A stretch of DNA of 63,914 nt, counting the filler, from Octopus bimaculoides (Eukaryota): the NCBI RefSeq assembly GCF_001194135.2. It is 4 parts of 4 records of this genome, joined end to end, with 100 filler letters (N's around TTAATTAATTAA, not from the genome) between each part and the next. Parts side by side here need not be neighbours in the genome. Positions count along the whole stretch, not along the records: positions 48,619 to 61,850 come from NC_069004.1; positions 61,951 to 63,914 come from NW_026299775.1; 2 more parts are not named here. The stretch is one strand, 5' to 3'. Shown in pieces: positions 53,362-63,914 of the stretch. The notes below the pieces were generated by a model that saw only the letters and a list, made by a program, of their open reading frames with translations, was not told the origin of the DNA and made no database searches. How positions within the stretch are numbered: position 1 is the stretch's first letter; the number at the start of each line of letters is the position of its first letter. Both the position numbers and the translations under genes were made by a program.

Positions 53362-53565
53362 GTGTTTGTGCGTGTTTGTCCTCCAACATCGCTTGACAAC
53401 CGATGGTGGTTTGTTTACAGCCCCGTAACTTAGCGGTTCGGCAAAGAGACCGATAACGTAAGCACTAAGCTTACAAAGAATAAGTCCTGGCGTCGATTTA
53501 CTCGACTAAAGGCGGTGCTCCAGCATGGGCCGCAGTCAAATGACTGAAATAAGTGAAAGAGAAAG
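53320..53565 (+). mobile_element. SINE family B 3' half
   Basis: Begins in a (TG)n tract at the gap edge; standard tail. Confidence 0.8.
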
Positions 53566-54104
53566 TAAAGAGAGTATACATGGATATCTTCATAAGTGCG
53601 CGCAGATTGCCAGACAGACAGACAAACAGACAAAAGGCAGACAGGCAACTGTTCTTACATTTCATATTCATTTCTAATGCAGTAATAGAGCCGCCATTAA
53701 AACTGAAAACAACGCAGCCATTTGTATGTGGGTTGTTGTTAAGACTTTGAAGTAAGCAGCGAAGAAAATATTAGTCGTTACTTTGTTACGTTTTTGAATC
53801 CACGGCAATCTATAAGTAGAGGATTCGCTCTGACGTTCTTGAATGTAGGTTGTATTTATTCTTAAAGAGCCGATGAACAGCGTCGTTATTCTTAGACTAT
53901 ATGTTAGATAAATAATTTTATCGATATATAGACAGGTTGGTGCATAGGTTAGTAGTAAGAATGATAAATCTAGGTAACTCTATGTAAATACACTGAACAA
54001 AATGAATAGTTAGACATACAGAATACACAGGTAAATATAAACACACGATCACTGAGATAAATGGCAAGAAATAAAGGGCAAAGAGTGTGATGTATGTCTG
54101 TCTG

Positions 54105-54466
54105 GAGTGGCTGTGTGGTAAGTAGCTTGCTTACCAACCACATGGTTCCGGGTTCAGTCCCACTGCGTGGCACCTTGGGCAAGTGTCTTCTACTATAGCC
54201 TCGGGCCGACCAAAGCCTTGTGAGTGGATTTGGTAGACGGAAACTGAAAGAAGCCTGTCGTATATATGTATATATATATATATGTGTGTGTGTGTTTGTG
54301 TGTCTGTGTTTGTCCCCCCACCATCGCTTGACAACCGATGCTGGTGTGTTTACGTCCCCGTAACTTAGCGGTTCGACAAAAAGAGACCGAAAGAATAAGT
54401 ACTAGGCTTACAAAGAATAAGTCCCGGGGTCGATTTTCTCGACTAGAGGCGGTGCTCCAGCATGGC
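54105..54466 (+). mobile_element. SINE family B (tRNA head + CORE-like segment + internal (TA)/(TG) tract)
   Basis: GGCTGTGTGGTAAGTAGCTTGCTTACCAACCACATGGTTCCGGGTTCAGTCCC head; ACCTTGGGCAAGTGTCTTC CORE-like motif. Truncated by a gap. Confidence 0.85.
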
Positions 54467-55519
54467 NNNNNNNNNNNNNNNNNNNNNNNNNNNNNNNNNN
54501 NNNNNNNNNNNNNNNNNNNNNNNNNNNNNNNNNNNNNNNNNNNNNNNNNNNNNNNNNNNNNNNNNNNNNNNNNNNNNNNNNNNNNNNNNNNNNNNNNNNN
54601 NNNNNNNNNNNNNNNNNNNNNNNNNNNNNNNNNNNNNNNNNNNNNNNNNNNNNNNNNNNNNNNNNNNNNNNNNNNNNNNNNNNNNNNNNNNNNNNNNNNN
54701 NNNNNNNNNNNNNNNNNNNNNNNNNNNNNNNNNNNNNNNNNNNNNNNNNNNNNNNNNNNNNNNNNNNNNNNNNNNNNNNNNNATATATATATATATATAT
54801 ATATATACCACAGCAAGCACATAAATGGAAATCAAGGTTGGAAAAAAAATAGCACTCGAATACCGAAGGCAGTGTAATATGCTTTTTTTTTTTATTATTA
54901 AAGCTAGAAAAAAACATCACAAAAAACTTTTACTCAGAGTTTCACGTTCCCGTTCGTCGGGCGGCTATGATCAGAATCTTGATCCTTCTAATAAAACTAT
55001 ATAACTATATCTATTTATTTATCTCTCTATGTATGTATGTATGTATGTATGTATGTATGTATGTACGTATATGTATCTGTCTATCTACCTACCTATCTAT
55101 CTATCATTCCCTTTCTATATATGTGTGTGTGTACATGTATATATGGATATATGTACATATCTTCGTATGCGTGTTTCTGCGTGTGTCTTTGTGTCTGTTT
55201 GTTTGATAACCAGTGTTGGTGTGTTTACTTCTTAACATGGCGGCATTTGAACTCAGAACGTAATGACAGGCGATTATGCTGCTAGAATCTTNNNNNNNNN
55301 NNNNNNNNNNNNNNNNNNNNNNNNNNNNNNNNNNNNNNNNNNNNNNNNNNNNNNNNNNNNNNNNNNNNNNNNNNNNNNNNNNNNNNNNNNNNNNNNNNNN
55401 NNNNNNNNNNNNNNNNNNNNNNNNNNNNNNNNNNNNNNNNNNNNNNNNNNNNNNNNNNNGGAGGGAGAGGAGGGTGGTGTTGGTTGTAATGATTATGACC
55501 AAGGTTATTAAGATTATTT

Positions 55520-55556
55520 TTATTATTATTACTATTATTATTATTATTATTATTAT

Positions 55557-55598
<42 letters not shown>

Positions 55599-55770
55599 CA
55601 GCAGCAGCAGCAGCGTTGGCAGTGGCGGTGGAATGAAGGTGGGGCTGGTGGTTATAACGATTATAACAATCAAGAATGGCAGGAGGAGGAAGAGGAGGAG
55701 GGAGAGGAGGAGGGAGAGGAGGGGAGGATAGGAGTGGAGGATGGGGAGGAGAGTGGGAGGTGAGAAGGAG
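55520..55770. repeat. Compound triplet and purine-rich repeat (ATT)n-(AGT)n-(GCA)n-(GAG)-rich
   Basis: Direct reading. Confidence 0.9.
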
Positions 55771-56670
55771 GAGAATATTTATGATGATGAGCACGACGCC
55801 AACGGCGCCTCTGGCGGTAGGATTTCAAATCAGTTAAGATAACGCGCGTGTAAGCGAAAGATAATTATTATTTGTTTTGCTCAAGGCAGCAACATACTTT
55901 ATCAGGAACTAAAATATTGGTATACAATTCTATATCTCGCGGCGGAAATATTTGCGTTACCTTTTGAGGTTTCAGCGCGTTGCAGAAGGGATAATTCTAT
56001 AAAGTATCTCCTGATTTTCTCTTCATATTCTTACCAACAATTTGAACTATCAGAATAGCTAAGAGATCATCTTACGTTAAATCCCGATTCAATTTGACGA
56101 TGAACTCTCCTTGTCTCCTTGTTGATACGATACATTCGGTTTCACATAGTTTTTGCACAGCGACTAGTTTGTGTGTGATAATTATTTTATTCATTATTCA
56201 CTTTTAGAACGAGTAACACAGTAGAGATAACTCTCCTTTATACACCTCCAGACGAAGTTACTGGTCTTGTGCCAAAATTTGGGGCCGGCGTTACCGTTCT
56301 TCTTTTACATGTTTCAATCTTTAGACGTACGACCCTGACGGAAAACCGCCAGGAAACGTTTAGTCAAACAAGGTGAAACCAGTTCTTATTCATTTTAAGT
56401 TTGGCACTTAGTATTTCAGCATCTTTCGCCGACACGCTAAATTATATAACGCATAACATTATTCATAAACCATATATAAAGACCTAAGACTACATCGATA
56501 TACCACTAACCAATTGTTTCAAGTCTTTGTATAGCTATTTATTTTAAACATATCCTACATCAATATTCGCCCAAGAGGTTTTTCTCCGTAATATCATTTT
56601 TCTCTCGTGCGTTGATGATGCTCTAACATATATATGTGTGTACGTGTGTGTGAGTGTATAGGTTTGTATA

Positions 56671-56706
<36 letters not shown>

Positions 56707-57077
56707 TGTATGTATGGTTGTTTGTTGTTGATGGTGAGGTGTATCCTTCGTTATGTGTGAAATAGTGTCGCTGTTATGTGGTGTTCTTCCTTTTTTTTAT
56801 ATCTGCATTATCGCTTTGCTTCCATAAACCAAAATTGTATACAGTTTCTTTGCATAGTAAACTGAAAACAGAAGAAAAAAGGAGAGTGTTAGAATATATG
56901 AAGAAAAAAAAAGCCCTACATATGGAGATGGAAAAATTTGCATATTTATATACATTGATGGTGGATGTAGGTACGAAAAATAATTTTTAACTATCGCCCT
57001 ACCACCACATACGTCAGGTTGATTGTAATGCATGCATATATATATATATATATACCACTCTCTTCACATCTCTCTCT

Positions 57078-57154
<77 letters not shown>

Positions 57155-58149
57155 TAGATAGATGAATGTATTTATATTTGTATGTATGTACGTATATATG
57201 TATGTTTGTATGTATGTGTGCATGTATGTGTGTATATATGTTTGTATGTATGTGTATAGGCTTGTATGTAGGTAACATTCAAATCACGTTTTTTACTGCA
57301 TTGCGTTAAACTTAGAAAATGTTTTATTCTAAATAACATAATATATACAATCTAATACACACACACATACACACACACACACAATATATAATATAATATA
57401 ATATAACATAATATAATATATATCTATGTATGACATACACTAAAATATAACTAGGAATAAAATATTTTATACATACAATAAAATAAAGTAAAGTTTAGCC
57501 AATGACAAGATTGTGTCTCTGAACGTCTAAGAAAAGTGATATATCGCAGGAAAAATAATCCGCATGTTTTTAAGAAAATATCCATAACTTCTGTTTTCTA
57601 AAACAAAGAAATTTCCAAACAGAAAACTCTGGAAATCATCCAACTTATATTTCATTATTGTTTCTTATCAAGTTTTTTTTTTCTTGGTTTTTGGTTTTTA
57701 TTATATTATTTAGATCAATAATATTGTTGTTGTTTTTTTCTTAAATTTTTTTTGGATGTATTTTTGAGTTTTAAAAAAAATTTTATTATATGAAGAATCG
57801 TTCTTTGTATGCTGAAAGATACAGATCTGCGCATATGCACTTGCTCTCCAAAGAAACAAGCACTTAAATATATGTATACATACATATATACAGAGAGACA
57901 GGCAGACAAGCAGATAGATAGATAGATAGATAGATAGACACAAGCACATACATGCATACAAAGACAGACACACATGTATATGTCTATATATTTATTCACA
58001 CACACACAGAATATAAGCTTTTTGTTTACTAAATCAGAGTTAAGGCATTCAGTATCGTTGAGTGTAACTTATATCCTGTTATAAATTTGAGAGATGTTTC
58101 TGTGTTTGTTACGTTTGTACCATGTCTGTACTAGCATCAGATTAACACA

Positions 58150-58470
58150 TACATTTTTAATCTCAAGTAGGTTCAGACGACACAGGAAGTTTCCAGTTCT
58201 GTTCGGTCTATTATTGGCCGAATAGACAATCTCCGTCTATCAGGCTCCTTCTACTAGGTCCGATTGTCGCTTACATAATGTGGCTGCGACCATGTCTAAT
58301 TGAGTTCCTTTCCATCGTTTTTCTAAGGACTCGCGGCTTGTTGTTTGGTTCTATTGCATTTGTGCTAGAGTCTCTCACACAAGAACAACTCTTCGTCCAC
58401 TTGCGCCAACAGTGTCGACCAAACTCAATGCCATAACCTCCTATGTTTTCTAGAAACATTTCTATCAAGT
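58150..58470 (-). mobile_element. Possible decayed RTE-like LINE 3' fragment
   Basis: Weak resemblance in translation (...RKWTK...DRTELET...). Many stops. Confidence 0.3.
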
Positions 58471-59294
58471 CTTTTTCTATTTACACAAAGTACATCTAAT
58501 ATCTTCACGCATTCATTTAACGCTATCGCACTATAGACATCTGTATAAAACACAACTTACTTCTTTACAGAAATCTTATGCAAGGCATTTTACATTGTAC
58601 GTAACTCACTGCTGTGAATAAACTTCACTATTGAATAAGTTGAGTTCTGTCCGTCTGTCTCTGTATACCAATTACTATTGAACTAACTTACGGACACAGT
58701 CATCGACAAGCTACCACCGCTGATGTCGTCACTTCAACTCGACTGTAGACGCACCATCGTGTTATAACAACAAGCTACACGTTAGCTACGAAATAGCTAA
58801 CGTTTCTGCCAGCTCACAGCCTTGACCCAGTGACAAGTATTGCAAGACGACTGGTATTGTTTTGACTGCAAGTTTTACATCAAAACCTCTTTCTCCTAGA
58901 GGAACTGCCTTCCCCCACGGCTTTGTCAAAAATAGGAGCCCCTTCTACCCCTGGGAAATCGAATTAACCCAGAAATGAGACCCTGGCAAGTACTGCTGTT
59001 CAGAGTCAGAACGGACCTGTGAGTAATGGTAATTCACCGGTTGGCCCACATTCCCCACAAATCTAGAAGACCCTAACTTGGTTCTGACCACCGGATGCAG
59101 TTCAATATCATACCCAAGACAATCTATTTAACTCACATATGGTACCCTGAAAGATGCTACCGTCCCGGGTAGGAATGTAACTGGGCATAATGGTAATTTA
59201 GGGGTGACTTCACGCTCCCGATAACTCCAAAACTGTACGGTTGAAACCGGATACAGTTTAAATACCCAGAACAATCACACACACAATCGTGCAT

Positions 59295-59338
<44 letters not shown>

Positions 59339-59624
59339 ACATACATACATACATACATACATACACACATACATATTCATACATACATGTGTGGTGGGGA
59401 TGGATGTTAAAAGAAACCGACAAAATATTTTTTGGCGAATTATAAAACACATCAATCGCAGAAAGAAAAATAACATAAAAAACAAAAAAAAGCCAAAAAC
59501 ACAAACCTCTATAACTTGTTCGGTTCCTTGCTTTTTTTCTAAATAACTTTCGCTTAAAAGCTATTGACTGAAGTCTGTAGCACACATTTAAAAGTATCCA
59601 TTGCTCATAAAACGACCTTATCAT

Positions 59625-60146
59625 TTATAAACCATCAAAGTCCGTTTCATCATCTGACTCTCTAAGTAGCTGCAGCAATTCTTCTTGATCTTGTTTTATA
59701 TCAATGTCCCGTCCTATCACTTCGTATCGTTTTCCATCTAAACACTCTCTCTGGTGTCTCTCGTTACGTCCTGATCTTTCCACAGTAGGTTATCTTCCGT
59801 TCCATCCAATTTATTACCGATACCAGTGTTGAAAAAACTCTTGGAAACAATATGTTCAGGTAAAGCATTTCAAGCTGATTTAAGCTTGGTGGTAACTGCA
59901 GCGAGACCAGGCATTTTTTTTCTGTCGTTCTCTCTCTTTTATTTATTATTTCTGATTCATTTCTTTCTTTTTTTTTTAGATTACCCTCGGCTATTTTTTT
60001 TGTTTTTTGTTTCTCACTTCGTTTGATGGCATCCATGATATTCCTGGCTTCCCAAAATTCATCCGTAAATTATTTCTTCCAACAGTATCAAGGGGTTGAC
60101 GAATATTTGTGAAACCACACGAAATTACAGCTTCTTGCGTCCATGA
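59625..60146 (-). mobile_element. pogo/Tigger-family DDE transposase relic
   Basis: Minus-strand AVISCGFTNIRQPLD; KSA*NALPEHIVSKSFFNTGIGNKLDGTEDNLLW; acidic end ESDDETDFDGL*. Stops, frameshifts and an A/T-rich interruption are present. Confidence 0.8.
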
Positions 60147-60149
60147 TTT

Positions 60150-60600
60150 TTTTTGTACTTTTTAAACGTTTCAACCATTGGACTGCGGCCAGGCTGGAGC
60201 CTCTCCACTTAAAGGGATTTCATCAAGCAAATCGACCTCACTACTTTATCTATCTTTTGCCGAACTACCAATCTACAGGAACATAAATAAAGCGAACCGA
60301 TGGTGAAGGAGCGGACAAACGCAATCACAAAGACACAAAATCTATCTATCTATCTGTCTATTTATCTGTCTATCTATCTATCTATCTATCTATACACACA
60401 NNNNNNNNNNTATATATATATATATATATATATTTGTGCACAGAGATTCCGTTCACCAAATTCACTCCACTCCACTCACACAACACATTGGTCGTCCCTG
60501 AACTATAGTAGAGAGACATTTGCTCAAGATGACTCGCAGCAGGACTGAAACCGAATCCACGGATTTGCAAAGCGAACCTGTTAACCACACAGCCATGTCT
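60150..60600 (-). mobile_element. SINE family B (old, diverged)
   Basis: Recognisable tail, central microsatellite with a small gap, and head. Confidence 0.65.
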
Positions 60601-60973
60601 GCAATTGTAATGACTTCAATTAAATTGTCACCCTTAAAACAATGAAGTGTTGATTCACATATCAACAGTATGTAAAGAGAATTAGCAATTGCCATTGGGT
60701 ATATTCGCTTTACATAATGCTGACGCAAGAAAGAATGTGTATCCATCGCTTGTTAGATATCTTGGGGTTACCGGCTTCATTTTCTGTCGCCTCTTGCTAC
60801 ACCAGTTGTCAGTGTTAATTTGGGTATTGATATATAACTTAAAACGTCTTGCATTTCAAAAAAGTGTAAATGTGACGATATTCCAGACTTTAAATATATG
60901 TGTCTACGAATGTGCGATTGCGTAAGTATGTATGAGCATGTATGTGTGTGCATCTAGGTATGTGCGTGTGTGT

Positions 60974-61027
<54 letters not shown>

Positions 61028-61029
61028 AC

Positions 61030-61560
61030 AAAGATTGCGGTGAATGAATTGTCGTCTTGATTACGCAAAAATGAAAATAACACTGACATCTCATTTTAGA
61101 CAGATATATTTACCAAAATTACATAAAAATGTCTTGAAATACTAGACAGTAAATTTATTCAATAAAATCCCCATTGGCTTCAACCACGTTCTCCAGACGA
61201 CTTCAGAATCTCCTGCAACTCTTCGACTTGGTTTAGGCACAAAATTCCGTACGCCTTTGGCAGATGCGGCACAACATGTCGAAATAGCGATGCTTCAGAA
61301 TCCCGTTCACCAGTTGAAAACACTGTTGGCTGAAAAGAGAAAGAAGCTCTTCTTATATGATATACACAATGGCGACCAAGATACTTTGCGTCTGAACCTG
61401 CCGAGATGTATTAAGAATGAATATGCGAATAACCGCTCCAGATCTCAGTGTACACAGTGCAAATTACTGGCATCTTTTCACCTAGCGTCTTTCCATCAAG
61501 CGCCATGTTAACACATTCCTTGTGCACCTCCATTTGTTGTTCGTTAATTTTATTATTCGT
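61030..61560 (-). mobile_element. Internally deleted Tc1/mariner (maT-like) element
   Basis: Minus-strand SCRRF*SRLENVVEANGDFIE* (stop 61155-61157) is a typical Tc1/mariner C-terminus. A decayed N-terminal-like segment (TEIWS...SAGS) lies upstream. Confidence 0.65.
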
Positions 61561-61807
61561 ATTTTTTATTAACTGAATTTATATTTGGATTGACTACGTA
61601 GGTATGCATGTATGTATGTATGTATGATTGCATGTATGTATGTATGTATGTATGTATGTCGCGTAGTTATTGTATATGTGTATCGCTTCTTTATTATGAA
61701 TGTTCAAAGTGTCGCTTCAATCCACCATGTGACTTATATGTTTTTTCACAGACGTTGCTGTGAAACTGGTCATCTGAAATTAAATTCTAATTCTATATGA
61801 AATTCTG

Positions 61808-61850
<43 letters not shown>

Positions 61851-61950
61851 NNNNNNNNNNNNNNNNNNNNNNNNNNNNNNNNNNNNNNNNNNNNTTAATT
61901 AATTAANNNNNNNNNNNNNNNNNNNNNNNNNNNNNNNNNNNNNNNNNNNN
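61851..61950. other. Artificial 100-bp scaffold spacer
   Basis: N-run with central TTAATTAATTAA. Confidence 0.9.
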
Positions 61951-62224
61951 GAAAATGTGTCATGGCCAACTAGAAACGATGTTTCCTAGGGCTAAATATC
62001 AGTAGCATTCTTCCCTGTTACAACCACATTAGGTTTCCAACATAACAACACCTTATGTTATGAACTCTCGGTATTTTATGGCATGAGATACCTGCTTAGA
62101 CTCATGTAACGTCGTATAAACATATATATCCATCAATTTAACTATATTCATACAACTACACCTGTTATAAAGTATTCCAGATGCACCCTTCTTCCCTGTA
62201 TGATGTGTCTTATGAATATTATGT

Positions 62225-62239
62225 ACACACACACGCGCG

Positions 62240-62337
<98 letters not shown>

Positions 62338-62340
62338 CAG
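62225..62340. repeat. (CA)n microsatellite
   Basis: Direct reading. Confidence 0.95.
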
Positions 62341-63149
62341 AAACACTTTCACATTTTTTCCAAAAGTAAATGTTATACTCACAACTCTTTGTGTTCATTG
62401 AACCAAGTCTTGCATCTATATATAAAATATAATAAATTCTAGCATTAATAATAATTTCTTTGATANNNNNNNNNNNNNNNNNNNNNNNNNNNNNNNNNNN
62501 NNNNNNNNNNNNNNNNNNNNNNNNNNNNNNNNNNNNNNNNNNNNNNNNNNNNNNNNNNNNNNNNNNNNNNNNNNNNNNNNNNNNNNNNNNNNNNNNNNNN
62601 NNNNNNNNNNNNNNNNNNNNNNNNNNNNNNNNNNNNNNNNNNNNNNNNNNNNNNNNNNNNNNNNNNNNNNNNNNNNNNNNNNNNNNNNNNNNNNNNNNNN
62701 NNNNNNNNNNNNNNNNNNNNNNNNNNNNNNNNNNNNNNNNNNNNNNNNNNNNNNNNNNNNNNNNNNNNNNNNNNNNNNNNNNNNNNNNNNNNNNNNNNNN
62801 NNNNNNNNNNNNNNNNNNNNNNNNNNNNNNNNNNNNNNNNNNNNNNNNNNNNNNNNNNNNNNNNNNNNNNNNNNNNNNNNNNNNNNNNNNNNNNNNNNNN
62901 NNNNNNNNNNNNNNNNNNNNNNNNNNNNNNNNNNNNNNNNNNNNNNNNNNNNNNATAATAATAATGGTAATAATATACAACGGGGACGTTTACCATGTGA
63001 GATCGATAAAATACTGCTCCCAAATTTATTCAAAAGCATCGGAAATAAAGATATCGCATGGAGCCAAAAATAGTTGACTATATCCGAGTAAGTAATACTC
63101 ATTGAAATTTATTTCTATTTTGCAAATGAAATGATGTATTTTAACTGGA

Positions 63150-63411
63150 TATCGTCTCCACTGTTCGCATGGCCTGGATCGACTACCGAAAGGCTTTCGA
63201 CAGTGTTCCCCACACGTGGATTCTAGAAGCACTAGCCATAAACAAGGTGGCACCAATAATTATAAAATACATAAGGCACTCTATGAATAAATGGCAGACA
63301 GTGCTAAAGCTCCAAACAAAAGAAGGACTGGTAAAAACGAAAGCCATCCCCGTTAGAAAAGGAATATTCCAGGGAGAAACGCTTTCTCCACTCCTGTTCT
63401 GCCTGGCACTC
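63150..63411 (+). mobile_element. R4/Dong-like non-LTR retrotransposon reverse transcriptase fragment
   Basis: Translation AWIDYRKAFDSVPHTWI...GIFQGETLSPLLFCLAL matches RT motifs of RLE-clade LINEs. Truncated and followed by (ATT)n/(AAT)n arrays. Confidence 0.9.
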
Positions 63412-63449
63412 AGTGTTAATGCCTATGACGATGATAATGATGATAAAAT

Positions 63450-63457
63450 ATTATTAA

Positions 63458-63513
<56 letters not shown>

Positions 63514-63532
63514 GAAATATTAATAAAATAAC

Positions 63533-63574
<42 letters not shown>

Positions 63575-63580
63575 TTTAAT
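63450..63580. repeat. (ATT)n followed by (AAT)n (inverted microsatellite pair)
   Basis: Direct reading. Confidence 0.9.
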
Positions 63581-63914
63581 AATGATGATGATTATATGTT
63601 TTCATCTTAACTACGATCAAATTTTGCATAGAGAAAATTCTTTATTGTAAACAAAATGGGGTGTTTATAGATTGATTAATATTGAAATCTAAAACTTTGC
63701 GATGTTGCTTACAAATTGCTATATTTTAACTATTTGTCGACAGCTCCACTCAAAGATTTTATAAATTTCCTAGTCTTAGATATGCTAGGTCCTCCTAAAA
63801 CATCTACTTCTATACATAAATTCGCCCTACGCTGGCATTTTTGTGAGCGGGCCTGACTGTTTCCTCTTCGTTTCCTCTCACACACTCACTCTCTCTCTCT
63901 CCCTCTCCCTCTCC

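Noticed and set aside
55276-55731. Poly-Ile/poly-Ser ORF
   Set aside because: Purely triplet-repeat derived and starts in a gap.
55804-55817. CTCF site GGCGCCTCTGGCGG
   Set aside because: The core is one base shorter than the canonical spacing.
56334-56365. Hammerhead-like CTGACGG...GAAAC...GTC
   Set aside because: A9 is missing, there is no stem I, and the sequence folds as a simple local hairpin.
39-63102. Most ORFs in the six-frame track (poly-HT, CV, YI, LSIY and X-rich)
   Set aside because: They are translations of microsatellites and N-gaps, not genes.

Overview
Eukaryotic, AT-rich, repeat-dominated and gappy genomic sequence. There is no prokaryotic-style gene content, CRISPR array, rRNA or true tRNA gene. 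The mix of tRNA-derived SINEs, (TA)/(CA)/(GATA)/(AAT) microsatellites and 100-bp N spacers containing TTAATTAATTAA suggests an octopus-type cephalopod draft assembly; this is an inference, not a database result. Almost all ORFs in the supplied track are microsatellite, N-gap or antisense artefacts. Supported content: (i) at least four SINE-like families in many copies; (ii) relics or MITEs of mariner, Tc1/maT-like, pogo, hAT and piggyBac-like DNA transposons; (iii) R4/Dong-like non-LTR retrotransposon fragments; (iv) one convincing terminal coding exon (32845-33018, +) of a gene I cannot name; (v) several weaker exon and promoter candidates. The most informative large-scale signal is a CpG-depleted domain at about 29.6-44.9 kb. 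SINE copies inside it show CpG>TpG/CpA decay relative to sister copies outside, and it contains two small CpG-retaining patches that look like promoters. Other notable items are a hammerhead-ribozyme-like motif (54930-54960, -), a minisatellite whose unit junctions are consensus splice donors, a perfect 20-bp hairpin, and multi-level nested insertions. I found no well-supported new biological system; all findings are leads with stated tests.
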